DNA of 64,000 nucleotides from Bacilli bacterium (GTDB lineage Bacteria; Bacillota_I; Bacilli_A; RFN20; CAG-826): NCBI GenBank assembly GCA_017454295.1, contig JAFTDF010000016.1, positions 8,928 to 72,927 of the forward strand, read 5' to 3'. Shown piece by piece: positions 38,896 to 46,358 of this stretch (position 1 is its first letter; each line of letters starts with the position of its first letter). The notes under the pieces were generated by a model. It saw only the letters and a program-made list of their open reading frames with translations, ran no database searches and was not told where the DNA came from. The position numbers and the translations under genes were made by a program.

Positions 38896-40689
38896 TTATT
38901 TCTCGTCGTCGTAGTAATCGTCGTATTCGGCGTATTCTTCTTCGATTTCTTCGTCGGTGGGGCCGTAATCGACGTCTTCTTCCTCAAGCGCCATTTGCGA
39001 AAGTTCTTCTTCGGTATAAACCGGCATTTGGGGAACGGCGGGCTTGACAGGCTCGTGGGCGACTTCCTCTTCGGAAATCTTCCGCGGGCGTTTGGCCTTG
39101 GTCGGGGTTTTGGCCTTGCGTTCTTTCGAGGATTCGAGTTCCTTTTCCAAATCGGAAAGGGTGGTTGTGGTCTTGACCTCGGAGAAAGAAGGTTCTTCCT
39201 GGGGCTCGGCCGTTTCGGCTTGGGCGGCAGCGGCGGCCTCTCGGGCTTTGCGCTGCTCCTCGGCGGCGGCGATGGCGGCTAAGGCGGCGGCGGCCGGGTT
39301 GATGGCTTCGCTGGGGAAGGCGCTGGGATCGACGCTGGCTTTGGGTTTGACCGAAGGCGTGCCAAGGATGGATTGGGCCTTCTCGATTTGGGCCTTGCGT
39401 TCTTCTTCGGCAAGGCGGGCAAGACGCGCTTCTTCTTCGGCTTGCTTGCGGGCTTCTTCCTCGGCAAGGCGACGGGCCTCTTCTTCGCGGCGGGCAAGTT
39501 CTTCCTGCTGGCGGCGGATGAGGACTTCGCGTTCGCGGGCGCGTCGGTCTTCTTCGGCGCGGGCTCTCCATTCTTCGATGGAAACGAAGCTCATGCCCTT
39601 GCTTTCGGCGACGGAACGTTCGATGAATTCGATGTTATAGCCGGTAAGACGCTGGGCCAAGACGAGGTTGGTTTTGAAACGACCGATGGCCAAGGAGGAG
39701 GTGCCGTCTTCGATGAGGACTTCGGCCCGCTTTTCCTCGGGGTAGAGGTTCAGCCCAAGGGCCACGGCAGGACGGACGGCTTCGATTAAGAAGACGCCGG
39801 GATTCTCGTTGTAGCGGATGATATCGATCTTTTCTTTGTTCTTGCCGTTGCCAAGTTGACCGACGATGCGCTGGATACGGGCGCCGCCTTGGCCGATGCA
39901 GGCACCGGTGGGATCGACGTCTTCGTTGGCGGAGGTGACGGCGACTTTGGAACGGAACCCGGCGTGGCGGGCGATGGCTTTGATGACGACGGTGCCGTCA
40001 TAGATTTCGTGGATTTCCTCTTCGAAGAGCCGTTTGAGGAAGCCTTCGGAGGAACGGGTGGCCTCGATCTGGGGGCCACGGGCGGGTTTGCCATCGATCG
40101 GCTCGGCGGTCTTGACTTCTTGGATGTAGACCTTGATGGGATCGCCAACGCGGAAGTATTCGTCGCCGATGAGTTCTTTCTTGGTGAGCTCGATGGTGGC
40201 GCGGTCGATGCGGATGGTGACGGAACGCTCGTCGGCTTTTTCGACGATGCCGGAGAGCATTTCGCCGATGTGGTTCTTATAGGTTTCGTAGAGGGATTGG
40301 CGTTCGGCCTCGGCCAAGCGCTGACGGAAGTTATTCTTCACGGCCATCGCGGTGGCTTTGGTGAGTTCTTCGGCAGTCGCGGGGATGACAAAGTCATCGC
40401 CAACCTTATATTTGGCTTTCTTTAAACCTTTATTGGCCTCTTCGGGGGAAATCTGAAGGTAGTCGTCTTCGATATCGTCTTCCTCGACGACTTTCTTGAT
40501 TTGGGCCAATTCGATTTTGCCCTTCTCCTCGTCGATGTGGCAGGTGACGATGGCGTCATCTCCCCCACCAAGGGAACGGGTGTAGGCGCGCTGGATGGCT
40601 TCTTCTAGCGCTCCGATGATGGCCTCCCGGGAGAGGCCTTTGACGTCGGCGATTTCGGTTACGGCGTCAACGAATGCTTTTACGTCCAT
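38896..40689 (-). CDS. nusA: Transcription factor NusA with a long charged C-terminal tail
   Basis: S1/KH domains; DPTGACIG and EKIDII motifs. Confidence 0.96.
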   Translation of the reverse strand: MDVKAFVDAVTEIADVKGLSREAIIGALEEAIQRAYTRSLGGGDDAIVTCHIDEEKGKIELAQIKKVVEEDDIEDDYLQISPEEANKGLKKAKYKVGDDFVIPATAEELTKATAMAVKNNFRQRLAEAERQSLYETYKNHIGEMLSGIVEKADERSVTIRIDRATIELTKKELIGDEYFRVGDPIKVYIQEVKTAEPIDGKPARGPQIEATRSSEGFLKRLFEEEIHEIYDGTVVIKAIARHAGFRSKVAVTSANEDVDPTGACIGQGGARIQRIVGQLGNGKNKEKIDIIRYNENPGVFLIEAVRPAVALGLNLYPEEKRAEVLIEDGTSSLAIGRFKTNLVLAQRLTGYNIEFIERSVAESKGMSFVSIEEWRARAEEDRRAREREVLIRRQQEELARREEEARRLAEEEARKQAEEEARLARLAEEERKAQIEKAQSILGTPSVKPKASVDPSAFPSEAINPAAAALAAIAAAEEQRKAREAAAAAQAETAEPQEEPSFSEVKTTTTLSDLEKELESSKERKAKTPTKAKRPRKISEEEVAHEPVKPAVPQMPVYTEEELSQMALEEEDVDYGPTDEEIEEEYAEYDDYYDDEK

Positions 40690-40709
40690 ATGGTTTTCCT
40701 TCCTTTTTT

Positions 40710-41171
40710 CTAGAATCTGATGGCGAGGCGCGCTTTATCCACGTCGCCCCGAGGCAATTCGATTTGTTTGGTTTTCGCTTTGTCGCGGATGGAGAGGGTG
40801 ATACGTTCCTCGTTGATCTCGGCCAAGGTCCCTTCGAGGATGTTCTCCCCTTTATAGGGATGACTGAGATGGAGGTTCACATACGACCCTTTGTAGAGGT
40901 CGAGCTTTTCCAAGGCAATCGGCTTTTCCGCCCCAAGGGAGGAAATGTCGAGCAGATACCCTTCTTCGATGGGATCGAGCTGATCGAGGTAAGCCGAGAC
41001 TTGGTCGCTTAAGGCGACGATGTCGTCTAAGGAAATGGGGGATGGGCGATCCACCACCACATTCAGGTTCCAACCGTCTTTGTTTTTCCCGATTTTGACT
41101 TCCACCAGGTCATACCCGGCTTCGCCGATGGGCTTGGACAGTTGGTCGAATAGTTCTTGTTCTCCGATCAT
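40710..41171 (-). CDS. rimP: Ribosome maturation factor RimP
   Basis: LDQLDPI...YLLDISSLGAEKPI; SD AGGAG-like before ATG 41171. Confidence 0.93.
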   Translation of the reverse strand: MIGEQELFDQLSKPIGEAGYDLVEVKIGKNKDGWNLNVVVDRPSPISLDDIVALSDQVSAYLDQLDPIEEGYLLDISSLGAEKPIALEKLDLYKGSYVNLHLSHPYKGENILEGTLAEINEERITLSIRDKAKTKQIELPRGDVDKARLAIRF

Positions 41172-41189
41172 TCCAGACCTCCTTTCATA

Positions 41190-41216
41190 AGAAAGAGTGG
41201 CCAAGCGACCACTCCT
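41190..41216 (-). promoter_or_regulatory. rimP leader hairpin
   Basis: GAGTGGTC-gctt-GGCCACTC-TTTCTT, like the conserved GAGUGG...CCACUC hairpin upstream of rimP. Confidence 0.65.
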
Positions 41217-41425
41217 AAAGTCTGAATCGTTACGGAACCGCGACGGGATTTCCGCAGGCAAAGTATAGCAAGGACCTTTTCTATTGAAAAGAGGAAACAT
41301 CGTCTTCCATGGGCCTTTCAATCCCAAGGTGGTCAGGTTGCGATTGGGAATGGAGATAAAAATAACCAAGTTGCCTATCTTTTATTGGATAAATCCCTTA
41401 TATTATGGGATAGAAAGGAGGACAA

Positions 41426-41680
41426 ATGCCAGCTATCGCAAGTTTCTACGGAATCTTGATCTTGATGCACCTGACCCGAAAAGAACACAATCCGCCACAC
41501 ATTCATGCCTATTACGGCGATTACGATGCCTCATTCAGCATCGAAACCGGCGATATCTTGTTTGGAAAATTCCCACAAAAAGGAACCGCCCTCGTCAAGG
41601 AATTCATCCTCAAGTACCGTGCCGACTTACTCGAGATGTGGAACACCGAAATTTACAAGAAACTCCCACCACTACAATGA
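41426..41680 (+). CDS. DUF4160-family protein (putative type II toxin)
   Basis: MPAIASFYGI and EHNPPHIHAYY motifs; SD AAAGGAGG. Confidence 0.9.
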   Translation: MPAIASFYGILILMHLTRKEHNPPHIHAYYGDYDASFSIETGDILFGKFPQKGTALVKEFILKYRADLLEMWNTEIYKKLPPLQ

Positions 41681-42144
41681 CCACCAAACAAGCCATCAAA
41701 CTGAAAATCAATTCCGGTACGACCATCGATTTATATTATCTCGATGGCGTTGTCATTCGCTTTGACGTCCTTTCCCTCGTTCCCCGTTACCCCCAATTCC
41801 AAGCATTGCAAGATCGCACCCTTTTGGAAAAAGGACATCTGCTAGGATGGAGTAGCGTAATTTGGAACCAAGACCTGGATTTAGACGTCGAGCTCGTTTA
41901 CGAGGAAGGAACGCCCGTATCCGAAGAATATGACGATATCGAAGCGACCGTGATTGGTTTTCTACTCAAACAACGACGGTTGGAACTTGGCTATTCCCAA
42001 GCGGAAACCGCCAAACTCATCGGCATTGCCCAATCCGATTTGTCCAAAATCGAGAAGGGCCTTGCCAACGTGACCATCAAGATGCTTCACCGCATCGCAA
42101 CCGGCCTTCGTTGCAAAATCAACACGACATTATCCACGCTATGA
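41677..42144 (+). CDS. DUF2442-like domain fused to an XRE HTH (putative antitoxin)
   Basis: ATGA overlap; FQALQD..L...VIWNQDLDLD then SQAETAKLIGIAQSDLSKIEKG. Confidence 0.8.
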   Translation: MTTKQAIKLKINSGTTIDLYYLDGVVIRFDVLSLVPRYPQFQALQDRTLLEKGHLLGWSSVIWNQDLDLDVELVYEEGTPVSEEYDDIEATVIGFLLKQRRLELGYSQAETAKLIGIAQSDLSKIEKGLANVTIKMLHRIATGLRCKINTTLSTL

Positions 42145-42154
42145 AATCGGAAAA

Positions 42155-42187
42155 GAAATCGCCCTGCGGCAAGCAAGGCGATTTTTC
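42155..42187. terminator. Bidirectional terminator
   Basis: AAATCGCC...GGCGATTT with flanking A and T tracts. Confidence 0.75.
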
Positions 42188-42199
42188 GTTTCCCGTTTT

Positions 42200-43054
42200 T
42201 TATTCCACCGGATGGGGGCCATCATTGAAATAAAGAACACCCAAGCAATGGGGACCGCAATGGCAGGAGATGGTGCCGCCCGCGGTGGTCGTATAGACGG
42301 TTTTGAAGCCGGCTTTTTCGAGTTTGGCTTTAGCCAAGGCGACGACATCGTCGGGTGCGGTCGAATAGGTGACGAAGGCGATTTCGTTGTCGAAATCGTG
42401 ATAATCTTTGAGGGTGTCATCGATATATTGTTCCACCACTTTGATCATCGGGCCACGATACTTGGCGCCCGGACCCATGGCCCCATCTTTGACGTAGATT
42501 TCGGGTTTGAGTTTCAAGATATTGGCGGCCAGCATCTTCAAAGCCGAGCAACGGCCACCCTTATAGAGGAAATTGACCGATTCAAGGGAGAAAGAAGCCT
42601 GGGTGAAGGGAACGCGTTTCTCCACCGCTTCGATGATTTCTTCATAGGATTTGCCGGCTTTGACTAAGCGCGAGGCATAAATGGCTTGCAAAGCGATGCC
42701 GGTAGATAAGGAAAGGGAGTCCACGATATGGACGTTTTCCATCTTTTTCGCCACGGATTTGGCGTTGGCGCAAGCCGAGGAGATCTTCGAGGAAAGGGAG
42801 AAATGGATGACGTAGTCATATTCCTTGCGTAAGGCTTGGAAATATTCCTCGTATTGGAATTCGTTGATGGCGGAGGTTCTGGCAAGTTGACCGGTCTTTT
42901 CGGTATAGGCAAATAAATCGGCGGGTTGGATTTCCCCATCCGGGCCTTGGGTTTCCCCCATCACTAGAGTGAAGGGGATGGTATGGATTTCATATTGGGC
43001 TAATAGGTTCTTCGGCAAATCGATGGTCGATTCGGCGGAAATGGCGATTTTCAT
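42200..43054 (-). CDS. DegV-family fatty-acid-binding protein
   Basis: ESTIDL, SLSSKISS, DSLSLS, KGGR and ISCHCGP motifs. Confidence 0.93.
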   Translation of the reverse strand: MKIAISAESTIDLPKNLLAQYEIHTIPFTLVMGETQGPDGEIQPADLFAYTEKTGQLARTSAINEFQYEEYFQALRKEYDYVIHFSLSSKISSACANAKSVAKKMENVHIVDSLSLSTGIALQAIYASRLVKAGKSYEEIIEAVEKRVPFTQASFSLESVNFLYKGGRCSALKMLAANILKLKPEIYVKDGAMGPGAKYRGPMIKVVEQYIDDTLKDYHDFDNEIAFVTYSTAPDDVVALAKAKLEKAGFKTVYTTTAGGTISCHCGPHCLGVLYFNDGPHPVE

Positions 43055-43133
43055 GATGTGCTACTCCTTTTGGGACGGGCCTATTATATCCTTCCTTTCC
43101 CAAAAGGGAAAATCTTATGCTAGGATTATGGCT

Positions 43134-44087
43134 ATGGAATACGATGTCTCCATCACGATGCCGATCTATAAAAACGCCGCTTCGTTACGGCGCTGCCTCG
43201 ACTCGATTTTAGCCCAAGACTACCAAGGGACCTACGAAGTCATTTTGGCCGTCGACGATTCGGGGGATGGATCGTTACAAATCGCCGAAGAATACTGCGC
43301 CAAATACCCTGACAAATTCATCCTCCACCACCCCCCTTATCGGATGGGGGTCTCTGGAGCGCGCAAAGAAGCGCAGGCCTTAGCCAGAGGCAAATACATC
43401 TACGCCGCGGATGGGGATGACGAACTCAAGGAGAATTGCCTCTCCACTTTGGTGGGCACGCTAGAAAAATACGACGCCGACTTGGTCAATTGCTCGTTTT
43501 ATCTGGCCAAAAAAAGCCGCAAAGGCGCTTTGCTTTACCCCTTCCGCCGCCCCCGGAAAATCTATAATACCGCCCAAGCCGTCTCCGCCTTTTTGATGGA
43601 TGCGACCTTCCGGGGCTTCCTTTGGACCAAACTCTATAAGGCGGAACTATTAAAGAAATCCCCGCAGATCTCCATGCCCGGACAAGGCGTGATCTTCGAA
43701 GACGTCGCCTTCGTGGCGAGTTTGCTCTCCCATTGCAAGAAAGTCGTCAATATCCCCACCCCTTTGTATTATTACTACAAAGATAACCCCGATTCCGAAG
43801 TCACTAAGATTCGGAAAGACCGGGCCCTCCGCCACCTCGCCGTCTTCGCCGTCATCCGGCTCTTCTTCCAAATCCAGCAGCAACCCGATTCCATCAAGGC
43901 CTTCCGCAAAAAAGCCTACCGTATGAAATGGTCCCTCGACTTCGATCTAGGCAAGGACAAAAAAGGCGGTCTGACCAAAGCGGAGGCCAAAGCGATCTTA
44001 GCCGCATTTAAAAAGGTCGTCGGCAAGGACGACCTGGATGTCAAAGGCGAAATCTACGAACCCTATGTCGAAGGCGCGATCATCTAG
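43134..44087 (+). CDS. Family 2 glycosyltransferase
   Basis: VSITMPIY, RCLDSILAQ, DGDD and FEDVAF motifs. Confidence 0.9.
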   Translation: MEYDVSITMPIYKNAASLRRCLDSILAQDYQGTYEVILAVDDSGDGSLQIAEEYCAKYPDKFILHHPPYRMGVSGARKEAQALARGKYIYAADGDDELKENCLSTLVGTLEKYDADLVNCSFYLAKKSRKGALLYPFRRPRKIYNTAQAVSAFLMDATFRGFLWTKLYKAELLKKSPQISMPGQGVIFEDVAFVASLLSHCKKVVNIPTPLYYYYKDNPDSEVTKIRKDRALRHLAVFAVIRLFFQIQQQPDSIKAFRKKAYRMKWSLDFDLGKDKKGGLTKAEAKAILAAFKKVVGKDDLDVKGEIYEPYVEGAII

Positions 44088-45099
44088 ATCCGCCTTTTTC
44101 TTTCAGCAATTGCTCGTAAGCCGCTTTTAAGCGTTGCCCCACTTTGGGCAGATCGCGGTCCAAGGCGACTTGGTACCCCGCTTCCAAGAGGGCGGGATCT
44201 TCGCCTTTTTCAAGCAGCGAAGAAAGAGTGGCGGCGAATTCGTCGTTATCTTTGCACATGTGGCAGTTTTTGCCGTCTTCGAGCCAAGGTTTATAAACCC
44301 CGATATCGCGGATGACGAGCGGACAATGGGTGGCCAAAGCCTCCAGAACGACGATGCCTTCGGTCTCTTCATAAGAAGGGAAAAAGAGGGCGCTGGCTTC
44401 GTGGTAGGCTCCTTTAATCAGGTCGCCACTGCAATAGCCGGCCATGATGACATTCTCAGGTTTGCGTTTGATGGCTTTGAGGATCTTGGTGGAGGTCAAA
44501 ATCCGCTGCAACGCCCCAAACCAGATGAATTTGGTGTTCGGGAAGCGCCGCGCCACTTCGATGAAATCGATGAGGCCTTTTCGCTCAAAGGGGAAGCCCA
44601 CGCCCATGAAGAATTTCTCGTCTTTGGCTAAGCCAAACTTCTTCCGGAACGCGGCAACGGCCTCTTCTTTACGCTCATAGGCGGGGATATCGATGCCATT
44701 GGAGATGGCGATGACGTTTTGGCAATAACCATACCCTTTGATTAAATCGCGGGCGTAAGGCGTAGGCGCGATGATCATATCGGCCCGGGAATACATGTAT
44801 TTGAGTTGACGGTCGAAGGTCGGTTCCATCACTTTCCACAGGCGGAACGAATTTCGGAAATCCTCAAAGGTGGAATGGCCATGGACGATCACGGGGATCC
44901 CCCGCTTCTTACAACGTTGCAATACGCGATGGCTCTTGCCGAAATAGGTATTGATATGGGCGATATCGTAATCGGCCTTTTTGTCGATGATCGGCTCGAT
45001 GCCGGCGTCTTTGCAGGCTTGGAGCTGATGGGACATGGCCCGCCCGATACCGCTATGTTTGATGGTATCCGCGTTTTGGAAGTAAATGAGGGTTTTCAT
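44080..45099 (-). CDS. GT4 glycolipid glycosyltransferase (Acholeplasma DGS/CpoA-like)
   Basis: SGIGRAMSHQ, VIVHGHST.EDFRNSF, ISNGI and EETEGIVVLEAL motifs. Confidence 0.85.
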   Translation of the reverse strand: MKTLIYFQNADTIKHSGIGRAMSHQLQACKDAGIEPIIDKKADYDIAHINTYFGKSHRVLQRCKKRGIPVIVHGHSTFEDFRNSFRLWKVMEPTFDRQLKYMYSRADMIIAPTPYARDLIKGYGYCQNVIAISNGIDIPAYERKEEAVAAFRKKFGLAKDEKFFMGVGFPFERKGLIDFIEVARRFPNTKFIWFGALQRILTSTKILKAIKRKPENVIMAGYCSGDLIKGAYHEASALFFPSYEETEGIVVLEALATHCPLVIRDIGVYKPWLEDGKNCHMCKDNDEFAATLSSLLEKGEDPALLEAGYQVALDRDLPKVGQRLKAAYEQLLKEKGGSR

Positions 45100-45136
45100 G
45101 GCTGAAAAAATGATACCACAAACCCAGCCCACGAAA

Positions 45137-45160
45137 ACAAAAACCCCGGTTTCCCGGGGG
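45137..45160 (-). terminator. Terminator after tRNA-Thr
   Basis: CCCCGG-gaaa-CCGGGG followed by TTTTTG. Confidence 0.8.
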
Positions 45161-45171
45161 TCTATTCGAAT

Positions 45172-45245
45172 TGGTGCCCTCACCCTTAGTCGAAAAGAGG
45201 TCTGATCCTTACCATGGATCCGTTCTACCGCTGAACTATGAGGGC
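45172..45245 (-). tRNA. tRNA-Thr(GGU) with encoded CCA
   Basis: Cloverleaf: acceptor GCCCTCA/TGAGGGC, D arm GTTC/GAAC, anticodon arm GATCC-ATGGTAA-GGATC, T loop TTCGACT, 3' ACCA. Confidence 0.93.
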
Positions 45246-45290
45246 AGCGGGCTTCCCAAATCCCTACAGTCGGGGTTTGGCAGCGAGTGG

Positions 45291-45319
45291 ATTATAGGAC
45301 AACAAAGTTGCGACTGCAA
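45291..45319 (-). promoter_or_regulatory. Sigma-A promoter of tRNA-Thr
   Basis: TTGCAG-N17-TATAAT. Confidence 0.8.
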
Positions 45320-45504
45320 TGTTTTCTTTCTTTCTAAGCCCCGCTTCTTCCTTTTCTATGGCTATGAAGCAGGAGAAAACCATGGGATAAAAAGAAACTT
45401 TTTAAAAAAGTTGACCCACCCCCCTTCCTTTTCAAAAATGGGTAAGTTATGCTGAACCCGGATCGGGAAACCGATCCACCAGCTATCGCCAAGGAGGACG
45501 CTTC

Positions 45505-45612
45505 ATGGTCGATAGAATGGGTTTGCCGGGTCGGAAAGAGGAACTGCGTGATGACCGAGTTGATCTTGGTTCTCGTGCTTCTTATCCTGCTAGTGCGACA
45601 ACTTGGACTTAG
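45505..45612 (+). CDS. Putative 35-aa leader ORF overlapping the small hydrophobic ORF
   Basis: Perfect SD AAGGAGG (45491-45497) 7 nt before ATG; MVDRMGLPGRKEELRDDRVDLGSRASYPASATTWT. Confidence 0.4.
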   Translation: MVDRMGLPGRKEELRDDRVDLGSRASYPASATTWT

Positions 45613-45622
45613 GGATAAATGA
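45551..45622 (+). CDS. Putative type I toxin, 23-aa single-TM peptide
   Basis: MTELILVLVLLILLVRQLGLRDK; purine-rich GGAAAGAGGA upstream; convergent antisense promoter. Confidence 0.65.
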   Translation: MTELILVLVLLILLVRQLGLRDK

Positions 45623-45698
45623 AGAAAACCCCTTCCCGGCAAAGGGAGGGGGCCTTCAAAACCTAAGTTCATTATAGCACTATAAATGGGCCCGGCAA
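45620..45698 (-). ncRNA. Putative antisense (antitoxin) RNA with its promoter
   Basis: TTGCCG-N16-TATAAT with TGn extension (45698-45671), then a CCCCTCCC/GGGAAGGGG hairpin and TTTTCTT; no ORF follows. Confidence 0.5.
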
Positions 45699-45725
45699 GC
45701 CCTCTGGGATCTTCGGTTTTATTCG

Positions 45726-46358
45726 TTACGCATCGATGAAATAAAGACAATAACCCTGCCCGATGTCCGGATTTTCATACTTCAGCAATAGATAGAGGGT
45801 GTTCTCTCCTTGAAACAAACTCGGCTCGAGATGGAAGCGTTCCTCCTTGATTTGCGTGCCATGGCCTCCATTGACCTCAGGGAAATAGAAAGCGATGAAG
45901 GGTCGGGGGACCCACCATTTCTTCGGCTCGGGTAAGACGGATTTGGGCTGGAGCTGCTTGGCATTTTCAAGAGCCACCGATTCGGGCAAGGCGAAATAAG
46001 AGAAGGAAATGCTCTCATCGGCTTCGGGAAGGGAAATCGCAAAATCACCCGCTCCATAGGAAAGGTGGCGATAAGTCGCGGGATCGCGGAGCTCGCCATT
46101 AGGGTAAAGCGAAGCAGAGACGACGCTATGTATCACATAGGCATCGCAATAAGGCGCCGCTTCCCCGGTTTCGACATCCACGATTTCGTAGGTGATTGAG
46201 GGTAAGAATTCGATGAAACAATCCTTGCTGCCGTTCAGAGAAAAATCCAAAGGCTCGGCATAAACGGGCCGATGGTTGCAGGTGATTTGCTTATGGTTAC
46301 ATCCGCATAGCAAAGCCAAGGAGACCAGAACGAGTCCGTTAACGCGATAATTCGCCAT
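45726..46358 (-). CDS. Hypothetical lipoprotein (start uncertain)
   Basis: LVLVSLALLCGC lipobox-like signal; overlaps the rimO 3' end. Confidence 0.6.
   Translation of the reverse strand: MANYRVNGLVLVSLALLCGCNHKQITCNHRPVYAEPLDFSLNGSKDCFIEFLPSITYEIVDVETGEAAPYCDAYVIHSVVSASLYPNGELRDPATYRHLSYGAGDFAISLPEADESISFSYFALPESVALENAKQLQPKSVLPEPKKWWVPRPFIAFYFPEVNGGHGTQIKEERFHLEPSLFQGENTLYLLLKYENPDIGQGYCLYFIDA

Noticed and set aside
38900-39560. Repetitive EEEAR/AAAA coding in nusA and long ORFs in other frames
   Set aside because: A low-complexity charged tail; the overlapping ORFs are by-products of GC-rich codon bias
41298-41358. Imperfect long hairpin between the rimP promoter and the TA pair
   Set aside because: Many mismatches, and no promoter-terminator pair or known motif to support an ncRNA
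45451-45490. GCUGAA...CAGCUA similarity to the c-di-AMP (ydaO) riboswitch
   Set aside because: Far too short and missing the GGGGGAACC and second-pocket elements; kept only as a hairpin
45172-45720. tRNA as the attachment site of an integrated element
   Set aside because: No integrase and no duplicated tRNA 3' end seen in the window
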